This document shows positions 28,530 to 38,139 of a stretch of 64,000 nt of DNA, in pieces; position 1 is the first letter of the stretch, and every line of letters starts with the position of its first letter. Source of the DNA: a virus (lineage: Duplodnaviria > Caudoviricetes); the IMG/VR virus record IMGVR_UViG_3300021387_001774, positions 128,001 to 192,000 of that record. The stretch is one strand, 5' to 3'. A program made the translations under genes and the position numbers. The notes beneath the pieces are model-generated. The model was not told the origin of the DNA. It searched no databases and saw only the letters and a list, made by a program, of their open reading frames with translations.

Positions 28530-30638
28530 TTAGAAGTTTATTAATGAAGATAATCCCATTCTCTTTGTACTACTATCTGGTTTTACATAAGAGCATGGTG
28601 ATAAAAGTAATGATGGGAACAATGATACTATTGGTTGCAGATGTTTTTCACATAAGTCATTCACGTCTATAAATGGAAGTATCCATTCTGGTATTTTTGT
28701 CGCATCACCGAATGCTGGAACAACAAATGTTCTTAATCCAAACCTAGAAAAATCGAAATTACCATATTTTCTAAATACAGTATTTCTTACTCTTTCTTTA
28801 ATATCATGGAACTTCTCAGGTATTTTATCAAGATCTTCTTCATTATATAATGTTGTATTAAATACATACATAGAATCACCAGGCGATATCTGATCTTCAG
28901 GATAAATATTATTCCAGATTATTGTTGCTCTAACTTTAGAAGTAGTTTCTGGATTCTTAATACTTTCAAAACCGTTATACCTAGCATATACACCAAATGT
29001 CATATCACCATTCTTCAATCCATCTTCAATTTGATGTCTAAGATTTAATACCTTTTGATAAACTATCAAAGGATTAAAGTTTTTTGATCTTAATACATCA
29101 TTATGTAAGATATCAAGAATTTTAGATGAAATATATTCATTAAGTGTATCAGAACCAAGGTTTCTACCTGTAATAGCTAATTGTTTTTTCTCTGGAAGTT
29201 TTCTACCTTCCTGAATAGTCTGTATACCGATATAATTCTTTTTAGTATTATACAATAATACAATTGGGAAGAAGAATTCATTTTTCATATACATGTAAAA
29301 CTTTTCTCCTTCGTTATACTGATTGCAACACACAACAAAATTCCGACAAGCTTCTGACATAAGATCTGATATTATCGAGATATAAACCATACCTATTTTG
29401 GTGGATATCATTGGATCATCCATCAAATTTTCTTTACCAAATACTTTAAGTGTATTTTCTGTTATTTCATAGAATGAAGGCATTGTTGAATCAGTATCAC
29501 CAATAACACAAGCCTTTCTCTTTCTAGTTCTATATTTCTCAACTCTATTTCCATTAATAATAGTAGCGAAACAGAATACAGCAACAATTTCTCTAAATTC
29601 CTTTAACATGAAATAAAATTTTGATGCTTTAGTTGCTAATACATTTGCTTCTGTTGGGTCATTCTCTTCTTTATTTGTGTAAAAATCATAAAACCAATCA
29701 TAAACTTCTTTTTCAGTCATAGTAGGTTTAATCTTTTCGAACATATAAGGATTAATGAATTCTATATCGAAAGCAATCAGATCATTTACTATCTTAGCTA
29801 TTTTAGGATTCATTTTTATAAGTAATATAGGATCATATGAATAATAGAAAAATATCTTTTTCCAATCATCCATCATTTCAAACATCAAGAATGTGGTTTT
29901 AGAAACATCTAGTTCAGATCGTCGTATATTTGTAACATCTCTTGTAGAATAAACATATTTTTGTGAGCAATCATGAGATGTAGGAATATATGTAATATAT
30001 TTATTGATATAAAAACTATAATCAAGTTTACTCTTCATTTTGAATAATTCATCTAACCAACAAAAAACTTCATCCAAACTACCAAATGTATAATTATTTC
30101 CTAAGAATCTTTCTATATTCCATACCATTTCAGATATAAAATTTCTAGCTTGTGCTGTAATAGCTCCACCCATATCAACATTAGAAGTAAAACCTTTACT
30201 CATAGTTGAAGCGCCATAGATTGAGTTCGTTTTAGCTTTTACTGTATTCTGCATACCGTTATTTATAAAGAATCCAAAATCATCACTGTTTACTTTAGCT
30301 TCAAACATTTTATTCTTATAAACATCACGTAACTTACTAAGCATATCAATGATAAAATAACTAATTGGTTTAACATTTGTTGTTAAAGTACCATTCGCAT
30401 GTATATTAAGATGCTCAGATCTTATATCTTCCATAACCTGTTCTATAGGTAATTGTGTACCATAATCATATTTATACAAGTTTCTTGTATTTGCAAATAT
30501 AGGTGTGCTATATGCTTTTTCAGTAATTTTATTCAAATATTTATCTATAAACTCTTCAGATACCTTTCCATTATAAGCTGTCTTTAAAATACCTTTCATC
30601 TTATTCTTATACATATCTATCAGAATATTATTAGACAT
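28530..30638 (-). CDS. Divergent family-B DNA polymerase subunit (phiKZ/AR9-like)
   Basis: Motif B KAKTNSIYG, ITAQAR, motif C IGDTDS, MKNEF and KKNYIG; no motif A or exonuclease motifs recognised. Confidence 0.85.
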   Translation of the reverse strand: MSNNILIDMYKNKMKGILKTAYNGKVSEEFIDKYLNKITEKAYSTPIFANTRNLYKYDYGTQLPIEQVMEDIRSEHLNIHANGTLTTNVKPISYFIIDMLSKLRDVYKNKMFEAKVNSDDFGFFINNGMQNTVKAKTNSIYGASTMSKGFTSNVDMGGAITAQARNFISEMVWNIERFLGNNYTFGSLDEVFCWLDELFKMKSKLDYSFYINKYITYIPTSHDCSQKYVYSTRDVTNIRRSELDVSKTTFLMFEMMDDWKKIFFYYSYDPILLIKMNPKIAKIVNDLIAFDIEFINPYMFEKIKPTMTEKEVYDWFYDFYTNKEENDPTEANVLATKASKFYFMLKEFREIVAVFCFATIINGNRVEKYRTRKRKACVIGDTDSTMPSFYEITENTLKVFGKENLMDDPMISTKIGMVYISIISDLMSEACRNFVVCCNQYNEGEKFYMYMKNEFFFPIVLLYNTKKNYIGIQTIQEGRKLPEKKQLAITGRNLGSDTLNEYISSKILDILHNDVLRSKNFNPLIVYQKVLNLRHQIEDGLKNGDMTFGVYARYNGFESIKNPETTSKVRATIIWNNIYPEDQISPGDSMYVFNTTLYNEEDLDKIPEKFHDIKERVRNTVFRKYGNFDFSRFGLRTFVVPAFGDATKIPEWILPFIDVNDLCEKHLQPIVSLFPSLLLSPCSYVKPDSSTKRMGLSSLINF

Positions 30639-30703
30639 ATGCTTACCTCACTCTATCATATTCACATGTATATTATGTAATTAAAAAATATTTTATAAAA
30701 AAG

Positions 30704-30730
30704 AAGAGTGTAGCTTTATGCTACACTCTT
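30704..30730 (-). terminator. Intrinsic terminator after gyrA
   Basis: AAGAGTGTAGC-tttat-GCTACACTCTT with flanking A/T tracts. Confidence 0.75.
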
Positions 30731-30737
30731 TTTAAAC

Positions 30738-33146
30738 TCAAATCTTATAACTGACTATTCCCAATGTATTCACAGGAACACGTTTTGGGATTCGAGTCAA
30801 ATCTGAAGAACGAATATTTTGCATAGATATTTGTGAAGTAGAATTTCGTCCGATTAAAATACATTTGTAATCTTTTTCTTTGGTATTAACCAGATTTACA
30901 TTAGTCATTTTAAAACCATCATCTAATTCAATCAATTTCTTTACTTTGTTTACTCTATTCGTTTCTTCAAGTAAGTCTTGCTCAACCCTTAATATATATG
31001 AATACCCACTATCGTCAACAATAGAACACAAACCTGTTTCATCAGAGTATTGTTCCATTTGAATCATCGATATGCTTTCATTGTCTGGTAGAGTTATATT
31101 TACACCGGAAGCTGTTCTTCCTAATTCTGGAATATCACTTATCTTAATAAAATGATATCTTCCAGATTCAGTTGTAATAAGACAAACATCTTTTCCTTTC
31201 TCTACTCGTTGAACAAGTCTTATATTTCCTGTAGTTACAGCTTGTTTTCCAAATGATTCTACAGAACTTATTTTAATCTTGTTGTTATCCGAGATAACGA
31301 TATATTTATCATTGTCATCATGTATTGGAATAATACCTGATATAACTGGTTCATCTGCTACGGAAATCCAGTTATTAATTCCAACAATGTCTGCAACATT
31401 GATACGTTTGGCTGTACCGTTATTCATAAACAGAAGTATACCAACAAGATCTTCTTTAATATTGTGACATCCTACAATTTCTTTTACATTTCTTCCTTCA
31501 AACTTAACATTCTTAACACCATTCATCAATGTTTTACCATTAATAAGATTATTAAGATCAAATATAGCATACTGATTTCTTGACCAAAGTATTGCTCCAT
31601 TACTCATCGGGATAGAAGATATATTTTTGTTATTAACTTCATGTTCCTCTAAGATAACAGTTCTTCTAGGTCTTCCATACTTCTTTCTAAGCTTTTCCAG
31701 ATCATCTATAATTACATCATCGATGTGTCTCGATTTTTCATCAAGTTCAGCTATCTTCCTATGTGCTTCATCGATAATTCTTTGAAGTTCATCTTTTGAT
31801 GTATTATTCAATTGATGAATTTTCATTTCTGTTATAGCTTTAGCCTGAATAGGTGTCAAATCATATTTATTTACTAGGTGATCTATAAACTCATTCACAT
31901 TCTTTGATTTCTTAGCAAATTCGATTATAGGATCAATATGATCATAAATCTTCAACTTTCCTTCGGTGATATGTGCATCATTACTCAATATAGATTGTTG
32001 ATAATTTATCTTTCTTAGTTTTGTAGTATATATCGTATCATACCAGAAAGCAATAATATCTTTAATACTAACCTTTTCAACATACTTATTATCATACATT
32101 ATATTAGAAATAGGTATAGTTTTAGACAATACTAATTTCTCGAGATCTCTAGCTACTTCGAGTATATTAGCATTCTTATCAAATATAACTTCATATTCAA
32201 TATGAATATCATCAACATGTTCTCTAGAAGTTTTAATATCGATAACATTCAGAACTTTAGATAAGACAGCATGTTGTTTTTCGTGATAATTCTTAATCGT
32301 GCTTCTAACATCAGCTTCTGTCATATTATATGGAAGATCTTTAATTATAATCTTATTTTCTTCACGATTCACTTCCATAGTAGCTTTCATTTTAACATTA
32401 CCAGGAATATTAAACTTATAGCACTGTTCAATTTCTTCTTTATTCAAGATTATTCCAAAGTTAGGAAAATCAGGATAAAAACCATCTACTAGTTCATAAT
32501 TCCTAATATTTTTATTTCTTATAAATTTTTCACATATATCTACAACATCGTTAAGATTATGTGGAAGAATTGATGTCATATAAGAATCGGCGATTCCATA
32601 TGAACCATTTATTAAAATTACAGGAATCTTAAATGGTATATAAGCTATTTCTTTATCACTATTATCGAAATTAGGAATAAAATCAACATATTCTTCTTTG
32701 ATATCTTCACAAACATCATCAAAGAATTCTGATAATTTACATTCTGTATAACGCATTGCTGCGGCAGATTTTCCTAAAACATTTCCCCAGTTACCTTTAC
32801 CGAATACCAATGGATAGTTATTTGTCCAATCTTGACTAAGTGTTACTATTGCTTGGTATGCAGATTGATCTCCATGTGGATGGAATCTACCAATTATATC
32901 ACCAACAATAGTTGCAGACTTTACTGTTTTCGTATTACTTCTAATCTTCTTGTTAATCATATCATATAAACCGCGACGATATGCTTCAATAAGACCATCC
33001 TTTACATAAGGGACAGCTCTTGAAAACGTCGTTGTAGCATATATGGTTTTATTATCTCTAATCGATCTATACAGTTCTACATCATCGTGTTTTTCTACAA
33101 ACCCTTCAGGTATATCAAATGAAGTTATTATCTTTTGATTTTTCAT
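30738..33146 (-). CDS. gyrA: Type IIA topoisomerase subunit A (GyrA/ParC-like)
   Basis: RAVPYVKDGL, KSATIVG, GRFHPHGD, AAAMRYTE catalytic Tyr, PDFP and C-terminal pinwheel-like repeats. Confidence 0.92.
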   Translation of the reverse strand: MKNQKIITSFDIPEGFVEKHDDVELYRSIRDNKTIYATTTFSRAVPYVKDGLIEAYRRGLYDMINKKIRSNTKTVKSATIVGDIIGRFHPHGDQSAYQAIVTLSQDWTNNYPLVFGKGNWGNVLGKSAAAMRYTECKLSEFFDDVCEDIKEEYVDFIPNFDNSDKEIAYIPFKIPVILINGSYGIADSYMTSILPHNLNDVVDICEKFIRNKNIRNYELVDGFYPDFPNFGIILNKEEIEQCYKFNIPGNVKMKATMEVNREENKIIIKDLPYNMTEADVRSTIKNYHEKQHAVLSKVLNVIDIKTSREHVDDIHIEYEVIFDKNANILEVARDLEKLVLSKTIPISNIMYDNKYVEKVSIKDIIAFWYDTIYTTKLRKINYQQSILSNDAHITEGKLKIYDHIDPIIEFAKKSKNVNEFIDHLVNKYDLTPIQAKAITEMKIHQLNNTSKDELQRIIDEAHRKIAELDEKSRHIDDVIIDDLEKLRKKYGRPRRTVILEEHEVNNKNISSIPMSNGAILWSRNQYAIFDLNNLINGKTLMNGVKNVKFEGRNVKEIVGCHNIKEDLVGILLFMNNGTAKRINVADIVGINNWISVADEPVISGIIPIHDDNDKYIVISDNNKIKISSVESFGKQAVTTGNIRLVQRVEKGKDVCLITTESGRYHFIKISDIPELGRTASGVNITLPDNESISMIQMEQYSDETGLCSIVDDSGYSYILRVEQDLLEETNRVNKVKKLIELDDGFKMTNVNLVNTKEKDYKCILIGRNSTSQISMQNIRSSDLTRIPKRVPVNTLGIVSYKI

Positions 33147-33193
33147 ACAATATACTCCTTTCTCATTCTTACTACACCTCTATAATATATAAT

Positions 33194-33478
33194 CTATTTT
33201 ATTTCTTTTTTAACACTTACATCATCAAAATTCAGTGTTACTTTAGTAGAAGCATTAGGATCTTTTTCTAATCGTTCTTTCTCTTCATCCGTCATCTTCC
33301 CTAATGCATCATACAAGAAATTACTCTTATGAATCTTTTCAGCATATTCTTTTGTAATCTTCTTCATTTTAAAATGCTGATATATTTTTACACCATAAGT
33401 TACAAAAATAATAATCAATGTAGCATTTCCAAGAAAAAATACTATACCATTATATATTTTAAGTAAAATATTAACCAT
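33194..33478 (-). CDS. Small membrane protein
   Basis: N-terminal hydrophobic helix; GGAGG SD. Confidence 0.6.
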   Translation of the reverse strand: MVNILLKIYNGIVFFLGNATLIIIFVTYGVKIYQHFKMKKITKEYAEKIHKSNFLYDALGKMTDEEKERLEKDPNASTKVTLNFDDVSVKKEIK

Positions 33479-33576
33479 TATTAAACCTCCAAATATATAA
33501 AGATGTAATATTACAAATAAATAAAAAAAGAGCGGTAGTTTACACTACCGCCCTAGATGACCTTTAGAAGAAGTTA

Positions 33577-34035
33577 TTATTTCTTCTTAGAAACTTCTTT
33601 CTTCTCTTCTTTCTTTTCTACGATCTTCTTAACTGAAGATTCATCAGAATCAGGACTATTTCCTCCACTAAGAATCTTATCAGCAATCTTAAGAACACCG
33701 AGAATTGCTCCACCGATACCAATAGCGGATCCAGTCTTACGAATCACGTCTGTGATTGTATAACGAAGATCTGAACGCTTATTCATTTCTTCTGTAATAC
33801 GCATCAATTTGATGTCATGTTCGCGCTTAGCTTTTTCGGCAGCTTCAACCATTACATTGTTTTCTTTCATGATTTGAGCTTCCATCTCACAATGTGGTTT
33901 TACAACCTCATCATTGTAAGTTTTTGCAAAGCTTTTGATCTTATCAAGGTTCTCTCTTGTTGTGAGTTCCTTGAAATCCTTTGTACCATCGCATTCAAGT
34001 GCGACCTCGTCTTTGTTGATCTTCAATGTGATCAT
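33577..34035 (-). CDS. Hypothetical protein with Gly-rich hydrophobic segment
   Basis: AGGAGG SD; GSAIGIGGAILGVL. Confidence 0.65.
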   Translation of the reverse strand: MITLKINKDEVALECDGTKDFKELTTRENLDKIKSFAKTYNDEVVKPHCEMEAQIMKENNVMVEAAEKAKREHDIKLMRITEEMNKRSDLRYTITDVIRKTGSAIGIGGAILGVLKIADKILSGGNSPDSDESSVKKIVEKKEEKKEVSKKK

Positions 34036-34262
34036 TTGTCTCCTCCTATAAGGAATGTGTCTTTAACACATTTGATAACTATTAATGGAAACCACATGCC
34101 TGTCATGAATACAATCGCGTTTACTTTAGCTGCATCCTTAGCAAGCAATGGTTCATTTTTATTATCGAATATCTTTAAGATCAGGAATTCGATTAAGAAT
34201 CCAACTCCGATCAAAAAGGATACTCCATAATACCATCCCACACAAACAAGAATTTCATTCAT
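34032..34262 (-). CDS. Small two-TM membrane protein
   Basis: 76 aa with two hydrophobic helices; overlaps the next start. Confidence 0.6.
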   Translation of the reverse strand: MNEILVCVGWYYGVSFLIGVGFLIEFLILKIFDNKNEPLLAKDAAKVNAIVFMTGMWFPLIVIKCVKDTFLIGGDK

Positions 34263-34285
34263 AATTCTTGCCCCCTTTGTTATAT

Positions 34286-35110
34286 TTAGTCGATATGAAA
34301 TTTGTTTTTCAAAGCGACTACATTTCTAGATGCTACATCGTGATAGTCAATAATTGTTGTTCCAACGATAGGTTTTTCTTTTCCTTCTGGATCAACGAAT
34401 GTATTGCTTACTACCAGAGCAACATCATAAATGTCTTCAACATTGTCTGTATTATTGAATTTCTTTAATACTTCGAAGAATGCATCAATAATTTCAGACT
34501 GGTATTGAACCATCTTATCAGCCAACTGATCTCTTGACGCAATAAGAATCTCTACACCTTTTGCATTATTCATTGCTTTCATTTGATTGATATTATTTTC
34601 AAGATCATTTACTTCTTGAGTGATCTGAGCAATTTCACTCATATTTTTCATTCCAACAATGACCTGATTATCATCAAACTTAGACAGTGGAGATAAGAAT
34701 TCCATACCTACATCATGAGTAATCAAACCTTTATTACTTGTAATGCAGAATTTTGCTACTGGCTTCTCCATAAATTCTTTTGTAAACTTCTCACTACCAT
34801 GATTACAATCAATAAAACCTTGAAACATCATAGAAATAAACTGAAGAAGTTCATTTCCTTTATCATAATTAAATTTTAGTTCTTTGTCCTTAAATCCACC
34901 ATTATCACAGATAATTACACGGATTGTATCATTAGGACCATTTTCGAGATTGTAGAACTTGTCTCCAAGAATTCTACGTACGCTCGTAATAGGAAGTTCG
35001 AACCTATTAGGTTCCATCTTACTTACTGGCTCCAGTTTGCCAAACGCCTTCTCAACGCTCTCAGCAGCAATGGGACTAGCATTCTTAAAGAAAGAATGTT
35101 GAATGATCAT
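34286..35110 (-). CDS. Hypothetical protein
   Basis: 274 aa; GGAGG SD; promoter motif at 35131-35140. Confidence 0.7.
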   Translation of the reverse strand: MIIQHSFFKNASPIAAESVEKAFGKLEPVSKMEPNRFELPITSVRRILGDKFYNLENGPNDTIRVIICDNGGFKDKELKFNYDKGNELLQFISMMFQGFIDCNHGSEKFTKEFMEKPVAKFCITSNKGLITHDVGMEFLSPLSKFDDNQVIVGMKNMSEIAQITQEVNDLENNINQMKAMNNAKGVEILIASRDQLADKMVQYQSEIIDAFFEVLKKFNNTDNVEDIYDVALVVSNTFVDPEGKEKPIVGTTIIDYHDVASRNVVALKNKFHID

Positions 35111-35152
35111 TACGCTTTACCTCCATAGATATAATATATAATTATTAAATAT

Positions 35153-37732
35153 TTATTTGGTTTTTATATTTTTGAATGGATTGTTATTTTCGTCTATTCC
35201 TGCTTTCTTCATTAAGTCAGGAATATTCTTATAATGTAATCCATCCAAGAACTCGTATGGATCTTCCTCATCAATGTCACCAATTTCCAATCCTATAGCT
35301 GATAAATATGCTACCAACTGTCTAGCTGGTATTGTATCGCAATCTATAGTATCATCATCATATGGTAAATCATGTAAACGAGTTGGATCTGCAAACAATA
35401 ACATTTCTGCACATTCAGATCTCATTTGTGGATCGGTTGATTGTACAGCTAAGAATCTAGAAACTTTCTTTGGATCTACAAGATTTTTAAGGTCTGTATT
35501 ATCCATTTCTGAGAACTGGTTAGCTGTATCACCATAAGGTTTACCAACTTCAACTTTCTTTGCTGACTTATTAGGTAATCCAAGTGGCGTCATAGAACCT
35601 AGAGATCTAACACTAAATGCTGCTGAAGGTAATTGTTTAAGAATCATCAAATAAACATCACCAATTACGATAGGATGTTTAGAAACGAATTCTCTTACAA
35701 TAGTATCTTCATTAAGTCTATATACTTTTGATTTAGATGTATCAAAAGAACTCTTATCTTTACACTGATTCATTATGAAATCATCTTTCTCAAATTGTCC
35801 TTCTAGTTCTTGAATAGTATTGATATAATGAACGAGTTCACTTTCATCATCTTTAGCGTTTCCAATATCTTCATATCCTATTTCATCATCAGACCATACA
35901 TAATCATCTGTCCATGAATTTTCTTTATAATCTTTTGATGATAATTTCAATGGATTCTTTTTCTGATTTCTTGCATCATCCACTGTGTATTCATTAAATG
36001 ATTTCTCTAATCCTAATACAGTTTTCTTTCCTTCTTTCTTCTTTACTACATTTGTACTTGTATCAAATGTATAATTTTCCATAAAATCTTTTACAAATTG
36101 AACTGTTTCTTTTGTATCATATAATGCTGCTATTTCTGGTGTTACTTTGTACTGTTTACACATCTTAACTTTAGATGGTTGAATCTTAAATTTTTTACAA
36201 ATATTCTTTATGAGGTCCCAACCAATTGCACCAAATGCTGGTGGATCATAAACGTATAAACCATTCTTTGATTTATAAAGAGCATCCAAATATTCTTCAC
36301 GTTCTTTCTTCGATCTGTCTCTATCAACATTTTCATTATATTCTCCCCATTTTGGAGACATATATTTAAAATATGAATTCTGAATTTCTATTGCTTTTTC
36401 TGGTGTCGTAGCTTTCTTCATCTTTTCTTCAATCATATCTGATGTGAAGTTAATGTGTTGTTCAAAAACCTGTTGAATATTTGCACGTCCGATAATACCA
36501 TTAGCGGAAGCAATTACATCTGCGCGTCTACCATATTCATCTACAGGCATCATTTCATCAGGCCATATATGTGAAACAACAGCTTTGCCACCACATCTAT
36601 TTGTAGTTTTCATAGCTTGTGTCAATGATTGTGTCTCACAAGTATAAATTGTAATATGTGCAAATTCAAAATTACTATTACTTGAATATTTTACATTTGG
36701 ACTAATATAGTTTCTTGCATTATATAAAGCATTATCAAGTTTGTCAGTTGTACGATTTCTTTTATCATTTACAATTCCTTGTAACACATTAACGATTTCT
36801 TGGTTATATCTAAACTGATCATTATATACTTCAAACAATTGTTGTCTATGCAAGTCTTTCTGTAATTCTTCTACATCATTTACTTTAATATCAATGTCAA
36901 CGACCTTTCCATGTGCTCCAAACTTATTATCTGTATAATAAATATTTGTAAGAGCCATATCTGTAAAATCTGCAGACAAATTCTTCTTATCCATTTTACG
37001 AGTAGCTATAAGAATACCTTTATCAGATACTTCTTCACCAACTACTGGGAAGGATTTATAATTTTTAAGATCTCCATAAATATTCAAAAGAATATCGTTC
37101 TTGTTAATAACAAGTTCTGTTTTAGTAATAAGATCAAATGTTGTATTCTTGGCTGCTGTTTCTGACATTACAATTGCATCATCTTTAACTTCAGGTATGA
37201 GCAAATATGCAACTTTGTAGTTTCTACCATAACGATAATTACCAAATTCATCAAGAGAATTAGCTTTATAAACAAACTCTCCTGGACGAATAGTATTACC
37301 AGGTACTTTATCATCCATATATGAAAATGGTCTTAAATAACCATGTTGATCAGAAAGCTTTTCATAATGTGATACTTTAATTATATCATAATTATTTGTA
37401 CCTATTTCACGTACTACTAACAAGTAAGCAATCTCTGGGAACGATTGATGTCTAACTATTTTAGCAACAATTTCCCAATTCTTTTCTGACTTATAAAACG
37501 AATTTAAATATTTTCCAAACTGATTTTCCCATCCAGTAAATGTTCTAGGTGTTTCTGGGTTCTTTAGCATAATATGCTGTGCATAGTGTACAGAAAACAT
37601 GTGAAGGCGTGGTCCAGATGATTCAAATGGATGTGTTAATAATCCTGTAGTAAATAATTTGTTAACTTGGTCTCCTGAATACTTATCTATCAAATATTTC
37701 ATTTCTTCTTCTGTAATATTTGCGCTATCCAT
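35153..37732 (-). CDS. Phage multisubunit RNA polymerase beta subunit, C-terminal half (non-virion type, phiKZ gp71-73/AR9 gp089-like)
   Basis: SSGPRLHMFSVHYAQ, GRNYKVAYL..KDDAIVMSE, KTTNRCGGKAVVSHIWPDEMMP..G..ADVI..GIIGRAN, IGDVYLMILKQ and FSEMD. Confidence 0.9.
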   Translation of the reverse strand: MDSANITEEEMKYLIDKYSGDQVNKLFTTGLLTHPFESSGPRLHMFSVHYAQHIMLKNPETPRTFTGWENQFGKYLNSFYKSEKNWEIVAKIVRHQSFPEIAYLLVVREIGTNNYDIIKVSHYEKLSDQHGYLRPFSYMDDKVPGNTIRPGEFVYKANSLDEFGNYRYGRNYKVAYLLIPEVKDDAIVMSETAAKNTTFDLITKTELVINKNDILLNIYGDLKNYKSFPVVGEEVSDKGILIATRKMDKKNLSADFTDMALTNIYYTDNKFGAHGKVVDIDIKVNDVEELQKDLHRQQLFEVYNDQFRYNQEIVNVLQGIVNDKRNRTTDKLDNALYNARNYISPNVKYSSNSNFEFAHITIYTCETQSLTQAMKTTNRCGGKAVVSHIWPDEMMPVDEYGRRADVIASANGIIGRANIQQVFEQHINFTSDMIEEKMKKATTPEKAIEIQNSYFKYMSPKWGEYNENVDRDRSKKEREEYLDALYKSKNGLYVYDPPAFGAIGWDLIKNICKKFKIQPSKVKMCKQYKVTPEIAALYDTKETVQFVKDFMENYTFDTSTNVVKKKEGKKTVLGLEKSFNEYTVDDARNQKKNPLKLSSKDYKENSWTDDYVWSDDEIGYEDIGNAKDDESELVHYINTIQELEGQFEKDDFIMNQCKDKSSFDTSKSKVYRLNEDTIVREFVSKHPIVIGDVYLMILKQLPSAAFSVRSLGSMTPLGLPNKSAKKVEVGKPYGDTANQFSEMDNTDLKNLVDPKKVSRFLAVQSTDPQMRSECAEMLLFADPTRLHDLPYDDDTIDCDTIPARQLVAYLSAIGLEIGDIDEEDPYEFLDGLHYKNIPDLMKKAGIDENNNPFKNIKTK

Positions 37733-37792
37733 TTATACTTTCCTCCATATTGATAGTTTAGCATCTGTATAATATATAAATAAAAAATATGT

Positions 37793-37824
37793 TAGAATGT
37801 GTGAATCAAAGTTCACACATTCTA
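37793..37824 (-). terminator. Hairpin terminator followed by promoter motif (37769-37778)
   Basis: TAGAATGTGTGAA-tcaaag-TTCACACATTCTA. Confidence 0.7.
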
Positions 37825-37840
37825 TTTTAAAATCTATTAA

Positions 37841-38080
37841 TTATTTATTCTTTTTAGCTTCGGCTTCTTCTTGCTTCTTTTTAAAGAAAGCTTCGAATGG
37901 TCTATACTTGTAAGTTCCGTCATCTTTCTTTACTGGTTTTTTCTTATCTTCTTCTTTTGTCTCTTTATTATTTTTCTTTTCAGTATTCTCTTTAGTTGTG
38001 GATACTTTCTTTGTTTTATCATTCTTTTTTGATTCCTTAATTCTTTCCTTCATTTTCTCATCGTTAATTTTGATACCCAT
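37841..38080 (-). CDS. Small Lys-rich hypothetical protein
   Basis: 79 aa; AGGAG SD. Confidence 0.55.
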   Translation of the reverse strand: MGIKINDEKMKERIKESKKNDKTKKVSTTKENTEKKNNKETKEEDKKKPVKKDDGTYKYRPFEAFFKKKQEEAEAKKNK

Positions 38081-38139
38081 AAAATTTACGCTCCTATTTT
38101 TAAGGTTTATATTGTATATGTAATACCTTATTTAATTTT

